64,000 nt of DNA from the sequence record MK295203. One strand, given 5' to 3'. Position 1 is the stretch's first letter; the number at the start of each line of letters is the position of its first letter. Below the pieces are notes generated by a model. That model saw only the letters and a list, made by a program, of their open reading frames with translations, was not told the origin of the DNA and did not search any database. Origin of the DNA: Escherichia phage vB_EcoM_005. This document shows positions 47,692 to 57,461 of this stretch, one piece after another. The position numbers were made by a program, and so were the translations under genes.

Positions 47692-48660
47692 ATGTACAAT
47701 ATTAAATGTCTGGCTAAATCTGAACAAGAGAAAGTAGTTTCCCTCTATAAATCCGGTAATTATACCCAGCAAGAACTAGCTGACTGGTATAGTGTTTCGG
47801 TTGATACCATTCGTAAAGTCCTGAAAAATGCTAATGGAGCTGGACAGGCCCAGGTAGTTATTACCGGAAATATCAAAGTAACGGTTCCTAACGAGCCTCG
47901 TGTAGTTCCTGTTGAAGTTACTATTGGCGGCTCTCGCCCTGAAATTATTTGGAATGCTAGTTCTAAATTCGTGTCCATCACTGAAGGTCGTACAGTATGG
48001 AACACCACTAATAAGAACAAACATTTTGATGCCATCGTACAGGCTCTTAAAGAATCCCGTTTTGATGACGCGATTAAACTGATTTCTATTAAAGAAGCCG
48101 TTAAGGCATTTGTTAAAGGCAACGTTCGTATTGAAGGTGGACGTCTGGTTTACCAAGGCGTTGAATTGCGTTCAGGGTTGATTGACCGTATTATTGCTTC
48201 AATGGAAAATGGCGAAGACTTTGAATTCTACCTGCCTTTCCTTGAAAACCTGTTAGAAAACCCAAGCGAAAAAGCTGTACAACGTTTGTTCGACTTCCTG
48301 GTTGCAAACGACATCAAAATTACTGAAGATGGTCACTTTATTGCGTGGAAGGTGGTTAACTCTGATTACACCGACTGCCGTACCGGTACGTTTGATAACT
48401 CACCAGGCAAACCGGTTAAAATGCCTCGTTCACGTGTAAATAACGACGACACAGTAACTTGTTCAAGCGGTCTGCACGTTTGCTCTCGTAGCTATATCGG
48501 TCATTTTGGTAACTCAAGCTGTAAAGTAGTATCATGTAAAGTTAACCCACGTGATGTTGTTAGTATTCCGGTCGATTACGGTGATGCTAAAATGCGTGTA
48601 TGTTATTATGAAGTTCTGGAAGACGTCACTGAACAGTTCGCAAACGAATACAAATACTAA
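47692..48660 (+). CDS. rIIB: RIIB protein
   Basis: 322 aa; MYNIKCL, SGNYTQQELADW, FEFY.PFLENLLENPS.KAV, CSSGLHVCS match my recollection of T4 rIIB. Confidence 0.9.
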   Translation: MYNIKCLAKSEQEKVVSLYKSGNYTQQELADWYSVSVDTIRKVLKNANGAGQAQVVITGNIKVTVPNEPRVVPVEVTIGGSRPEIIWNASSKFVSITEGRTVWNTTNKNKHFDAIVQALKESRFDDAIKLISIKEAVKAFVKGNVRIEGGRLVYQGVELRSGLIDRIIASMENGEDFEFYLPFLENLLENPSEKAVQRLFDFLVANDIKITEDGHFIAWKVVNSDYTDCRTGTFDNSPGKPVKMPRSRVNNDDTVTCSSGLHVCSRSYIGHFGNSSCKVVSCKVNPRDVVSIPVDYGDAKMRVCYYEVLEDVTEQFANEYKY

Positions 48661-48670
48661 ATCAATAAAC

Positions 48671-48686
48671 GGAGGCTTCGGCCTCC
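48671..48686 (+). other. stable RNA hairpin without U-tract
   Basis: perfect GGAGGC-TTCG-GCCTCC stem-loop just after rIIB. Confidence 0.35.
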
Positions 48687-48698
48687 TAAGAGGAAATT

Positions 48699-48896
48699 AT
48701 GTTAGATTACCAAGCACGTGTAATTGATGAATACGCCCAACTGGTTTTGAAAATTAATGCTCTCGAAGAGTTTATTAAAGGCAGTGTTTTTGAAACTCTT
48801 GATATCCGTCAACAAGGGTTACTGATTGCGCAACTGGACGCGATGGGTGCTTATGCTCATTGTTTAGAAGTTCGTATTTCTTATTTCGGTGAGTAA
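48699..48896 (+). CDS. hypothetical protein
   Basis: 65-aa ORF. Confidence 0.4.
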   Translation: MLDYQARVIDEYAQLVLKINALEEFIKGSVFETLDIRQQGLLIAQLDAMGAYAHCLEVRISYFGE

Positions 48897-48897
48897 A

Positions 48898-49197
48898 ATG
48901 ATTAATTACCTGAATGTCGGTGAACGTGATATCAAGATTTCTAATTTGCGTGGGTTCCATAAAGCAGGTACTGTTTATTGTGCTAAGCTCGTTAAACATC
49001 CTGGTGATGTTCATTACGCTTTTTTAGAATGCGATGAGGTGGTCGAAGGTGAATTTCCTTTAGCAGATTCTGATACTTTAGAACCCGACGACCGAATTTA
49101 TTACGGTGAACTTCATATTCGAGGCATTTATGGTGAAGACGAACCCGGGACTACTCCGATTGGCAGCGATGCCGACATTTACCCTGAAGACATCTGA
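48898..49197 (+). CDS. hypothetical acidic protein
   Basis: 99 aa from ATG (track ORF starts at upstream GTG). Confidence 0.4.
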   Translation: MINYLNVGERDIKISNLRGFHKAGTVYCAKLVKHPGDVHYAFLECDEVVEGEFPLADSDTLEPDDRIYYGELHIRGIYGEDEPGTTPIGSDADIYPEDI

Positions 49198-49210
49198 TTT
49201 AACAGGTGAA

Positions 49211-49687
49211 ATGAAGGTCAAGATTAAGGATACCGTATTGTATTCCTTAAGCCAAGACCCGTCCCAAGATAAGAAAGAAGTATTGACTCGGTGTGTAATT
49301 GCAACGTATGCCGAGTACATGGTTGCTGATTGGTTGAAAGGATACGTTAACAGTGGTCTGGAAGACCATGACGACCCTTATACCTATGCATGGGATGTTT
49401 TAGCTCATCCTATGTATTGTGGACTTCGTGTAGAGGTCAAGACCCATCAATCAGATTCTAAGTGGATTTCCTGCACCACAGGATACTCGGGTGACTTCCC
49501 TTATGGAACAGGGATTAACCTGGGTCCGCTCTTGAATCATAAAGTTGCAGACTGTATAATCATATTCGACACTTCAGTAAATGAGGCAGGCGATGTCCTG
49601 TTCACTCCTAAGTTCTCTGGTGACAGAGAAGCCATCAAAAAGCTAGTCCGTAAGAGCAATTACAACGGCTGGTATCTCGCCTTATAA
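49211..49687 (+). CDS. possible PD-(D/E)xK nuclease at the T4 denB position
   Basis: 158 aa; D...EVK-like signature (WDVLAHP...LRVEVKTHQ); position after rIIB corresponds to denB in T4; weak. Confidence 0.35.
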   Translation: MKVKIKDTVLYSLSQDPSQDKKEVLTRCVIATYAEYMVADWLKGYVNSGLEDHDDPYTYAWDVLAHPMYCGLRVEVKTHQSDSKWISCTTGYSGDFPYGTGINLGPLLNHKVADCIIIFDTSVNEAGDVLFTPKFSGDREAIKKLVRKSNYNGWYLAL

Positions 49688-49699
49688 TTTAAAATAAGT

Positions 49700-49729
49700 G
49701 TTTACATACGCCATGGATGGTGTTACTAT
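49700..49729 (+). promoter_or_regulatory. T4-type early promoter
   Basis: GTTTAC 49700-49705, TACTAT 49724-49729, CCTATCAAC leader. Confidence 0.55.
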
Positions 49730-49757
49730 CTTCCTATCAACTAATGAGGAAAACAAA

Positions 49758-50024
49758 ATGGATATCAAATTATATTACGCTAAACACAAAGTTACAGGTA
49801 TGGTTGTTGCCGCTATGTATGACGCGTCAGGTGAAGGTGATGATGTTACTACAGAGTTATCTCTTTCTGAATGTAAATTTCTCCGTCCCTTAATCGCATC
49901 AAAGGAAGATTTACAAAAACTTATCGACGGTAAACTAGATAATGTTGACGGCATAGATATTCTTTATGACCTCCGCACTGCATTGTACAGGGGATTGATT
50001 GAGATAAAAGAGGTGGTGTTTTGA
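49758..50024 (+). CDS. hypothetical protein
   Basis: 88-aa ORF. Confidence 0.45.
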   Translation: MDIKLYYAKHKVTGMVVAAMYDASGEGDDVTTELSLSECKFLRPLIASKEDLQKLIDGKLDNVDGIDILYDLRTALYRGLIEIKEVVF

Positions 50025-50114
50025 GTAGCAAAACGTGGTGCCTTATTTGGATGGCCTGTATCCCAGTGATCTGTGTATGTTTTAGTTTATTGTTGTGGAA
50101 ATTGGCATAAATCA

Positions 50115-50143
50115 GTGTACATCTCCATTAATCATGATACTAT
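50115..50143 (+). promoter_or_regulatory. early promoter (GTGTAC -35 variant)
   Basis: GTGTAC 50115-50120, 17-nt spacer, TACTAT 50138-50143, AGACCTATCAAC leader. Confidence 0.45.
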
Positions 50144-50169
50144 AGACCTATCAACTAATGGAGATGATT

Positions 50170-50280
50170 ATGAAAAACTTACTTAAAGCAATTTGGAACA
50201 TGTTTGTGTTGTTAATGGTATTGAGCATTTTCCCAATCGTTTTTATGATTGACCATGTACGTGTATTCTTTAACTTCTGA
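50170..50280 (+). CDS. small membrane peptide
   Basis: 36-aa hydrophobic ORF after the promoter. Confidence 0.3.
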   Translation: MKNLLKAIWNMFVLLMVLSIFPIVFMIDHVRVFFNF

Positions 50281-50290
50281 GGAAAATATT

Positions 50291-50503
50291 ATGAAACTTT
50301 TTAAAGATGTTGCAGTTGGTGAGAGCTTTGTATTGCATAACGGCCAACAACTGATTCGCATTTCTCCTTTGCAAGTTGGGACCGAATTACAACCTGTTAA
50401 TGCTACAGACCTTTATGATTCGACTAAGCGTTTTTGTGTAGGTCCTAGTGTACAGTGCCTTACTGTTGATGAGTTGATGGCTATTTCTGTTGACGCTGAA
50501 TAA
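50291..50503 (+). CDS. hypothetical protein
   Basis: 70-aa ORF with RBS. Confidence 0.4.
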   Translation: MKLFKDVAVGESFVLHNGQQLIRISPLQVGTELQPVNATDLYDSTKRFCVGPSVQCLTVDELMAISVDAE

Positions 50504-50513
50504 GGAAATTATC

Positions 50514-50858
50514 ATGTCTAAAATCTTTTTTGGTAATGCTAAGGTAATGTTCTTTAAACAACTCAGCCTTCAGGATGCATCGCTGGCATTCAATCAAAGT
50601 ATGATTCCTGGTGTAGATTCAAAAATTATGATGGGCGCCGATTTCGTTTTCGTTCAAGACCCGGAAACAGGCTTTTATCGGTTCATTAAATTTCGTATGA
50701 GTATGGACCCGTATTATCATAGCGGCTATTATGTAAGCTATGAAAATGTTATCAAAGAACTACGTGATACTTATGGACAGGCTTTGAATCCACTGAACAA
50801 GGTTTATAATGCTACCTTTTATACGAGCGGATTTATTTTAGAACAGCTACAAAAATAG
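50514..50858 (+). CDS. hypothetical protein
   Basis: 114-aa ORF with RBS. Confidence 0.4.
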   Translation: MSKIFFGNAKVMFFKQLSLQDASLAFNQSMIPGVDSKIMMGADFVFVQDPETGFYRFIKFRMSMDPYYHSGYYVSYENVIKELRDTYGQALNPLNKVYNATFYTSGFILEQLQK

Positions 50859-50886
50859 TTTACAACCTCGAGAATCATGTTATAAT
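50858..50886 (+). promoter_or_regulatory. T4-type early promoter
   Basis: GTTTAC 50858-50863, 17-nt spacer, TATAAT 50881-50886. Confidence 0.55.
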
Positions 50887-50935
50887 GGTTCTCGTTGACT
50901 GGATAACAAAACATTAATCTACTGAGGAAATTGAT

Positions 50936-51385
50936 ATGAATACTTATATGACTCGCCGTAACGTTCTGTCTGCTGGTGCTACTACTGTTGCTTATGTTAA
51001 GAACGGTGAATACCAAAATGGTAAACCTTCTAAAGAAATCTCTGCTCAGCCAGGCTTCTACTTCTTTGTTAAAGGTGGAGCTGATTCTCGTGTCGTAGCG
51101 GCTCGTTTTTATGTCGGTAATCAACGTTCTGCTCAAGGCCTCGATGGTATCGTGGCTAACATTCGTAAGAAACGTTCTCAATCAGCTCGCACTATGGCAG
51201 TGAACGGTGTGGTGTATGAAGTTCTTTATGTACCGGCTTCTAAAATGAAACCTCTGACTACCGGTTTTGGTAAGGGTCAAATTGCAATGGCTTTCACTCG
51301 CAATCATAGTTCCGATCTCCAGACACTGGAAGAAATGAACCGTATGTTGGCTGATAACTTTAAATTCATTCTGCAGGCGTACTAA
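50936..51385 (+). CDS. hypothetical protein (T4 ndd region)
   Basis: 149-aa ORF between rIIB and 52; synteny only. Confidence 0.35.
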
Positions 51386-51472
51386 TGAGCAATTTCCATA
51401 ACGAACATGTGATGCAGTTCTATCGTAACAATCTTAAAACTAAAGGCGTCTTCGGACGCTAATGAGGAAAAT

Positions 51473-51685
51473 ATGATTATCCTAGTTTTTATTGAACTTA
51501 TTATGGCTATTGTCTGTTCAGTTTGCTTCTTTTTAGGTGTGTGGACCCCTGGTCCGGTATTCTTAAGTTTTCTGTTTATTGGCTGGATTCTTTCTACTTC
51601 TGCCGGTTTACTTAAGATGATTAAAAATCTCCGATGTTATTATGGCTATTCATTCACTAGTATGGTAAAATTATGGCTGATGTAA
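51473..51685 (+). CDS. small membrane protein
   Basis: 70 aa, two hydrophobic segments, immediately upstream of 52. Confidence 0.4.
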   Translation: MIILVFIELIMAIVCSVCFFLGVWTPGPVFLSFLFIGWILSTSAGLLKMIKNLRCYYGYSFTSMVKLWLM

Positions 51686-52860
51686 TTGATACCCTTTTTA
51701 AACAGGCTTTAGATGTTTACGATGATTCTTTCACTCGTCGTGACTTAAAAAGTATTATCGACAATGAAGCATTGGCTTATGCAATGTATACTGTCGAAAA
51801 CCGAGCCATTCCAAATATGATTGATGGCTTTAAACCTGTACAACGTTTTGTGGTTGCTCGTTGTCTTGATATGGCTCGTGGTAATAAAGAAAAATTCCAC
51901 AAACTCGCTTCTATTGCTGGTGGCGTAGCCGACCTTGGATATCACCATGGTGAAGGTTCTGCTCAGGAAGCAGGGGCTTTGATGGCTAACACATGGAACA
52001 ACAACTATCCATTGTTAGATGGTCAGGGTAACTTTGGTTCCCGATTGGTTCAAAAAGCTGCAGCCTCTCGTTATATTTTTGCTCGTATCGGAAGTAACTT
52101 TGCAAAAGTTTATAAGGACACAGAATATGCTCCGGTTCATGCGGATGTCGAACATAAGCCACCGGCTTTTTATCTGCCTATTATTCCTACTGTTCTTCTT
52201 AATGGCGTTTCCGGTATTGCAACTGGTTATGCAACTAATATTCTTCCTCATAGTTTTGATTCTGTTAAGAAAGCTGTATTGCAAGTTCTTCAGGAAAAAC
52301 GAGTAACCAAACCCAAAGTGGCTTATCCGGAATTCCGCGGTGAAGTTGTTGAAATTGAACCGGGTAGTTATGAGATTCGTGGAACGTATAAGTTCACATC
52401 TCGAACCCAAATGCATATCACGGAAATCCCGTACAAATATGACCGTGAAACATATGTGGCCAAGATATTAGACCCTCTGGAAGACAAAGGGTATATCACA
52501 TACGATGATGATTGTGATGAGAATGGTTTCGGCTTCAAGGTTAAGATTCGTAAAGAATATGAATTGCCTACTGATGAAGATAAGAAACACGAAAAACTCA
52601 TGAAGGACTTCGGGTTAATCGAACGTCGTTCACAAAACCTGACCGTCATTAATGAAAAAGGTAAACTTAAGGTTTACGAAGATGCAGTTGAACTGATTCG
52701 TGATTTCGTTGAGGTCCGTAAGACCTTTGTACAAAAACGTATTGATGGTAAAATCATCGAAACCGAAGAAGCTTTTAAACTGGCATTGGCTAAAGCCACA
52801 TTCATCAAAGATGTTATTGATGGCGTAGTGGTTATCCAAGGTAAGACCGAAAACCACTGA
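51673..52860 (+). CDS. 52: topoisomerase II medium subunit gp52 (GyrA-like)
   Basis: 395 aa; DGFKPVQRFV, LDGQGNFGS, active-site region AASRYIFAR; shorter than the roughly 440 aa I recall for T4, and a +1 frame continues briefly past the stop. Confidence 0.85.
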   Translation: MADVIDTLFKQALDVYDDSFTRRDLKSIIDNEALAYAMYTVENRAIPNMIDGFKPVQRFVVARCLDMARGNKEKFHKLASIAGGVADLGYHHGEGSAQEAGALMANTWNNNYPLLDGQGNFGSRLVQKAAASRYIFARIGSNFAKVYKDTEYAPVHADVEHKPPAFYLPIIPTVLLNGVSGIATGYATNILPHSFDSVKKAVLQVLQEKRVTKPKVAYPEFRGEVVEIEPGSYEIRGTYKFTSRTQMHITEIPYKYDRETYVAKILDPLEDKGYITYDDDCDENGFGFKVKIRKEYELPTDEDKKHEKLMKDFGLIERRSQNLTVINEKGKLKVYEDAVELIRDFVEVRKTFVQKRIDGKIIETEEAFKLALAKATFIKDVIDGVVVIQGKTENH

Positions 52861-53001
52861 TGTTGTAACTGAGTATGTTAAAGATTTGGAGGCTCTATGA
52901 GCCTTGGAGTCGAGTTCTTGTTACTCTGTATCTTTGCTGTTATCCTAGGCCTGGCGACAGGCTTAGCTATAGGTTTAATAGCAGCCCACTTTAAAAAGTA
53001 A

Positions 53002-53024
53002 GGAACCTTCGGGTTCCTTTTTTT
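53002..53024 (+). terminator. rho-independent terminator
   Basis: GGAACC-TTCG-GGTTCC hairpin followed by TTTTTTT. Confidence 0.6.
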
Positions 53025-53043
53025 GGGTTTAGTGCAAAAAAGT

Positions 53044-53072
53044 GTTTACATCTGCTTTAAACATGATACTAT
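53044..53072 (+). promoter_or_regulatory. T4-type early promoter
   Basis: GTTTAC 53044-53049, 17-nt spacer, TACTAT 53067-53072, AGACCTATCAA leader. Confidence 0.55.
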
Positions 53073-53110
53073 AGACCTATCAAATAAATGAACTGAAACG
53101 GAGATACAAA

Positions 53111-53743
53111 ATGTCTAAAATTACTTATATCATCAAAGCTTCTGAAGACGTCCTGAATGAAAAAACTGCTTCGATCTTAGTACATATCATCAAGCATAAC
53201 TTCATCACTTCAGGCGAAGTCCGTGAAGCCCTGAGTGAGCAATTTAGTGCAGCAGTGGTTAACTCTAACATCGGTGTATTGATTAAGAAAGGATTCATCG
53301 AAAAATCTGGTGACGGTTTAGTGGCTACAGGTGAAGCAATGGACCTGGTTCAAAAAGCTGCTGACCTGTTCGCTTCTGAAAATGCTCCAGAGATGTTGGA
53401 AAAACGTAAAACGCGTAGTTCACGTGGTGTTACTCCTGAAATGGTAACACTGGCTGATGAAGTTAAAGCTTTATTAGAAGACCGTATCGAGATTCGTGAA
53501 ATTGCTGAAAACCGTAGCAACCTTGAAGTTCGATTCGCTAAACGTACCAATGGTATTCGTCAAATTGAAGTCCGTCGTGATGGCATGATGCGCATCTTCG
53601 GTTATAATATGACCGATAAAGAAAAACAAGTGTTTACTTCCTTGAATCTTGATGTTAAGATTAAGACCGGTGGTAAGAATACTTATATCGACTTCCAAAA
53701 CGTATCATCTGAAGTTATCAAAATCGTAACCAACGCAATTTAA
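53111..53743 (+). CDS. motA: middle-transcription activator MotA
   Basis: 210 aa; MSK.TYIIKAS.DVLNEKTA, VVNSNIGVLIKKG..EKSGDGL, KRTNGIR, MRIFGY match my recollection of T4 MotA. Confidence 0.9.
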   Translation: MSKITYIIKASEDVLNEKTASILVHIIKHNFITSGEVREALSEQFSAAVVNSNIGVLIKKGFIEKSGDGLVATGEAMDLVQKAADLFASENAPEMLEKRKTRSSRGVTPEMVTLADEVKALLEDRIEIREIAENRSNLEVRFAKRTNGIRQIEVRRDGMMRIFGYNMTDKEKQVFTSLNLDVKIKTGGKNTYIDFQNVSSEVIKIVTNAI

Positions 53744-53761
53744 CTGACTGAGGAAATTATT

Positions 53762-53977
53762 ATGAACAAGCTGAATATTGTTAATGAACTTCGTCGTTGT
53801 GCAGAACCTACTCAAGAAGGTTGGGACATTTGGTACCATGGCGCTTATCTCGGCACTATTGTTAAGATTAAAGCAGGTAAATACTTAATCATCCGTGGTG
53901 GTTCTGAAGCTTCTATGGGAATTCGCAAGAACTTCATGGCGGCAATCAGCACCTTTGTCTTTATGGCAGCGTATTAA
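53762..53977 (+). CDS. hypothetical protein
   Basis: 71-aa ORF. Confidence 0.4.
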   Translation: MNKLNIVNELRRCAEPTQEGWDIWYHGAYLGTIVKIKAGKYLIIRGGSEASMGIRKNFMAAISTFVFMAAY

Positions 53978-53989
53978 AGGATGGTTCAA

Positions 53990-54328
53990 ATGATTCCGAT
54001 GGAACTTAACTGGGACGGTGAAGGTCATTCCCTTAAATTGATTGAAGAACAACGTAATGATTGGGACGAGCGTGTAGCTTTGGTAAGCGGTATTAAGAAA
54101 ATTTACCAACTCGATCTCCAGATTGATAACGTTTATCTTGAATTTGGTATGCAGTTATTACGATTTCTTGAGATTATTTTTATTGAAAAGGTAAATATAA
54201 CTTCGTATGGCGAGGGCCAAACAGTTAATATTAAATTATCATCCTATTATAAAGGCGAGTTAATTGAAACTGCCACCAAAATTCAAGAATTTGCTAAAGA
54301 TAACGGCCATAAGGTGATTTTCAAATGA
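53990..54328 (+). CDS. hypothetical protein
   Basis: 112-aa ORF with AAGGA RBS. Confidence 0.4.
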   Translation: MIPMELNWDGEGHSLKLIEEQRNDWDERVALVSGIKKIYQLDLQIDNVYLEFGMQLLRFLEIIFIEKVNITSYGEGQTVNIKLSSYYKGELIETATKIQEFAKDNGHKVIFK

Positions 54329-54813
54329 ATCCATTAAAAGGTAAAGCATTATCCTTTAAAGACCGTATGGCTTTATTAGATAAAGCTCTTTCTCGTGAGA
54401 CGCCTGAAAGTCTAGCAGCTAAATTACGGGCATATGGTGATTACACCGAATATACAGAAGAGGATGTTTTAGAAGAGGTTCCTGAAATCTGTTGGCAAAT
54501 CGCTCATTGGAACAATAATGAAAAATATCAGCGCAGGATTGTGTGCGCAGCCAACCGCTTTAAGTTAAAAGACGGTGGGACTCTGGTTATTCCTGGCGCT
54601 CGTCATTATTCTAAAGATATGGCTGAAGTTCTCGACCAGGTAAGTGATAAACTTGTATCAGACCATGTTTGTGGTGATGACCAAGGATTTATTGACCAAT
54701 ATTCAAACTATTGGACTCGCGAAGAAGCAATGATTATTGCGACTTATGCTAATCAAGTTCGTATTGAACGTGGTGGCAGTGAAAAAGAACTTTACTCTGA
54801 GGACCTTTACTAA
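54325..54813 (+). CDS. hypothetical protein, tandem paralogue A
   Basis: 162 aa; [31 protein letters not shown]...[20 protein letters not shown]. Confidence 0.5.
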   Translation: MNPLKGKALSFKDRMALLDKALSRETPESLAAKLRAYGDYTEYTEEDVLEEVPEICWQIAHWNNNEKYQRRIVCAANRFKLKDGGTLVIPGARHYSKDMAEVLDQVSDKLVSDHVCGDDQGFIDQYSNYWTREEAMIIATYANQVRIERGGSEKELYSEDLY

Positions 54814-54907
54814 TGAATCTTAAACAACTCCAGATTGATGCAATCGAAGCCCATATTAATCATGTTAAACGTCTTACCCTCTGGCAACGTGTTAAAGGAT
54901 GGTTCAA

Positions 54908-55396
54908 ATGAATCCATTAAAAGGTAAAGAATTATCCTTTAAACACCGTTTGGCTTTATTAGATAAAGCTCTTTCTCGTGAGACGCCTGAAAGTCTAGCA
55001 GCTAAATTACAGGCCTATGGTGATTACACCGAATATACGGAAGAGGATGTTCTAAAAGAAGTCCCTGAAATCTGTTGGCAAGTGGCCCATTGGTGTGAAG
55101 ACCAAAAATTCCAGCGTCGAATTGTATGTGCTGCAAACCGTTTTAAGTTAAAAGATGGTGGAACTCTGGTTATTCCTGCGACACGTCATTACTCTAAAGA
55201 TATGGGTGCGGTTATCAAGGCAGTTGAAGATAAATTGGTAACACGATTTGTCTGTGATGATGACCAAGGCTTTGTCGACCAATATGGTAATTATTGGACT
55301 CGTGAAGAAGCAATGATAATTGCAACATATGCTAATCAGGTTCGTATTGAACGTGGTGGTAGTGAAAAAGAACTTTACTCTGAGGACCTTTACTAA
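54908..55396 (+). CDS. hypothetical protein, tandem paralogue B
   Basis: 163 aa; same domain as 54325-54813, mosaic of identical and diverged blocks. Confidence 0.5.
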   Translation: MNPLKGKELSFKHRLALLDKALSRETPESLAAKLQAYGDYTEYTEEDVLKEVPEICWQVAHWCEDQKFQRRIVCAANRFKLKDGGTLVIPATRHYSKDMGAVIKAVEDKLVTRFVCDDDQGFVDQYGNYWTREEAMIIATYANQVRIERGGSEKELYSEDLY

Positions 55397-55417
55397 TGAA
55401 TCTTAAACAACTCCAGA

Positions 55418-55678
55418 TTGATGCAATCGAAGCCCATATTAATCATGTTAAACGCACTGAATGCCACGGTGGAAGATAATTGGGGAACTTATGTAAACCA
55501 ACCGGCTTGGGATGCTTTAGACCACGAATATATAAAGAATATTAGTTCTAAGACAATCCACGGGAATATGGAAGGGTTGAAGCCATTCCTACGTGATATG
55601 TATATTGCAACTAATAAAGAAATTATCAGCTCTCTTGAATATCAATTAAGGAAATTACGTGAACAATCTGGTAGCTAA
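55418..55678 (+). CDS. hypothetical protein (second copy at 56899-57111)
   Basis: 86-aa ORF; C-terminal 70 residues repeated nearly identically 1.4 kb downstream. Confidence 0.4.
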   Translation: MMQSKPILIMLNALNATVEDNWGTYVNQPAWDALDHEYIKNISSKTIHGNMEGLKPFLRDMYIATNKEIISSLEYQLRKLREQSGS

Positions 55679-55800
55679 GCACGACTCATAAGGACAAGAA
55701 GAAAAACTTTAAAGAGTCTAAACGTAAACAGAAACATAAGGGTAAAGGCTATGAGTCATAACTTAGAGAATACCGTAACAGGCATGCGTACACGGGACAT

Positions 55801-55829
55801 GTTTACAATCCCTAAGGATATGTTAGTAT
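55801..55829 (+). promoter_or_regulatory. T4-type early promoter (copy 1)
   Basis: GTTTAC 55801-55806, 17-nt spacer, TAGTAT 55824-55829. Confidence 0.5.
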
Positions 55830-55870
55830 AGCCCTATCAGATAATGACGTACTGAATTGAAGAGAATATT

Positions 55871-56005
55871 ATGACTAAAATTGAAATCGTTTCCGAAATT
55901 GCCACTATTGTTTCCATTTTGATTAAAACGGATTGTGAAGACATCATGCAACGTCGTGATGAGTTTATGAACATGTTTACAATCCCTAAGGATATGTTAG
56001 TATAG
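55871..56005 (+). pseudogene. asiA 5' duplicate, truncated at the repeat junction
   Basis: MTKIEIVSEIATIVSILIKTDCEDIMQRRDEF then reads into the repeated promoter sequence and stops. Confidence 0.5.
55975..56003 (+). promoter_or_regulatory. T4-type early promoter (copy 2)
   Basis: identical to the 55801-55829 promoter. Confidence 0.5.
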
Positions 56006-56044
56006 CCCTATCAGATAATGACGTACTGAATTGAAGAGAATATT

Positions 56045-56320
56045 ATGACTAAAATTGAAATTGTTTCCGAAATTGCTACTATTGTTTCCATTTTGATTAA
56101 AACGGATTGTGAAGACATCATGCAACGTCGTGATGAGTTTATTGCCTTTTTGAATGAGTTGGGTATTCGTAATGAACATGGAAAGGAACTTAATGGTTTG
56201 TCTTATAACAAATTATTTAAGTCTTTAACTGAAGATGAACGTGACACTCTTATTGAGCAATTTAATGAAGGATATGAAGATATACACCGTTATTTAATGA
56301 TGTATACCTCCAATTTCTAA
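56045..56320 (+). CDS. asiA: anti-sigma-70 factor AsiA
   Basis: 91 aa; TIVSILIK...FIAFLNE.G..HEG..LN..S..K....LTE...TLIEQFNEGYE..HRYL.MYT matches my recollection of T4 AsiA. Confidence 0.85.
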   Translation: MTKIEIVSEIATIVSILIKTDCEDIMQRRDEFIAFLNELGIRNEHGKELNGLSYNKLFKSLTEDERDTLIEQFNEGYEDIHRYLMMYTSNF

Positions 56321-56643
56321 CGTGTTCGACCTAATGTCCTTCCGGCTTGACCGCACATAGACGAAAGTCTAGGAAATCCTAAATCCGGTTTGGCGCCTTT
56401 TTGAATGAGTTAGGTATTCGTAATGAACATGGAAAGGAACTTAATGGTTTGTCTTATAACAAATTATTTAAGTCTTTATCTGAAGATGAGCGTGAAACTC
56501 TTATTGAGCAATTTAATGAAGGATATGAAGATATACACCGTTACTTAATGATGTATACCTCCAATTTCTAACGTGTTCGACCTAATGTCCTGCCCGGCTT
56601 GACCACACATAGACGAAAGTCTAGGAAATCCTAAATCCGGTTT
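56144..56643. repeat. tandem duplication, 2 x about 250 bp (asiA 3' half plus the convergent holin 3' end)
   Basis: copy 1 56144-56392, copy 2 56395-56643, about 97% identical. Confidence 0.8.
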
Positions 56644-56907
56644 GATATCATACCAGTACAACGATATCGAGCCGGCGTAGACGTTATCCAAATTAAAAAA
56701 CGGGCATGAAAACATATACGTGAATTGTGTTTTCTTCTTTGTAGGAAGGAATACAGTTTCAGTACTTGATTCAAAGATATCATACCAGTACAACGATATC
56801 GAGCCGGAGTAGACGTTATCCAAATTAAAAAACGGGCATGAAAACATATACGTGAATTGTGTTTTCTTCTTTGTAGGAAGGAATACAGTTTCGATGTCAT
56901 GGTGGAA
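56644..56907. repeat. tandem duplication, 2 x 132 bp (in frame, 44 codons of holin)
   Basis: copies differ at one position. Confidence 0.8.
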
Positions 56908-57111
56908 GACAACTGGGGAACTTATGTCAACCAACCGGCTTGGGATGCCTTAGACCACGAATATATAAAGAATATTAGTTCTAAGACAATCCATGGTAAT
57001 ATGGAAGGGTTGAAGCCGTTCCTACGTGATATGTATATTGCAACTAATAAAGAAATTATCAGCTCTCTTGAATATCAATTAAGGAAATTACGTGAACAAT
57101 CTGGTAGCTAA
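56899..57111 (+). CDS. duplicate copy of the 55418-55678 ORF, embedded within the holin region
   Basis: 70-aa ORF about 93% identical at DNA level to 55469-55678. Confidence 0.35.
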   Translation: MVEDNWGTYVNQPAWDALDHEYIKNISSKTIHGNMEGLKPFLRDMYIATNKEIISSLEYQLRKLREQSGS

Positions 57112-57133
57112 GCACGAGGGTACTTGATTCAAA

Positions 57134-57339
57134 ATAGTTCCCGTTAACTCCCGCCATATATTCTACTGACGTTTTGTCAATTGGAAACCCTCCCGTATTT
57201 TTTGCGTCTACCGTTTCCGGTAATTTACCCTCGTAGATAGTTCCCGTTAACTCCCGCCATATATTCTATTGACGTTTTGTCAATTGGAAACCCTCCCGTG
57301 TTTTTTGCGTCTACCGTTTCCGGTAATTTACCCTCGTAG
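57134..57339. repeat. tandem duplication, 2 x 103 bp within holin
   Basis: copies differ at 2-3 positions; period not a multiple of 3. Confidence 0.8.
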
Positions 57340-57343
57340 GCCA

Positions 57344-57461
57344 CCATATCCACAAAATAATTCATGTTGGTTGGTCTAAAAGAATATATTGCTGTGAAGG
57401 AGCAACCATATCCACAAAATAATTCATGTTGGTTGGTCTAAAAGAATATATTGCTGTGAAG
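57344..57461. repeat. tandem duplication, 2 x about 62 bp within holin
   Basis: 56 bp identical in both copies; creates the stop ending the N-terminal holin ORF. Confidence 0.8.

Larger units (their letters stand above)
54325..55454. repeat. tandem segmental duplication, 2 x about 583 bp
   Basis: copy 1 54325-54871, copy 2 54908-55454; identical ends, diverged middle. Confidence 0.8.
55797..56132. repeat. tandem duplication of early promoter plus asiA 5' end (2 x about 161 bp, period 175)
   Basis: CATGTTTACAATCCC...GATGAGTTTAT present twice. Confidence 0.8.

Noticed and set aside
48671-48686. Hairpin after rIIB as a transcription terminator
   Set aside because: Perfect UUCG-type stem-loop but no following U-tract; kept only as a possible RNA stability or processing element.
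55797-57461. Repeat cluster near asiA/t considered as a CRISPR array or satellite
   Set aside because: Repeats are duplicated gene and promoter segments of varied length, not a regular repeat-spacer array.
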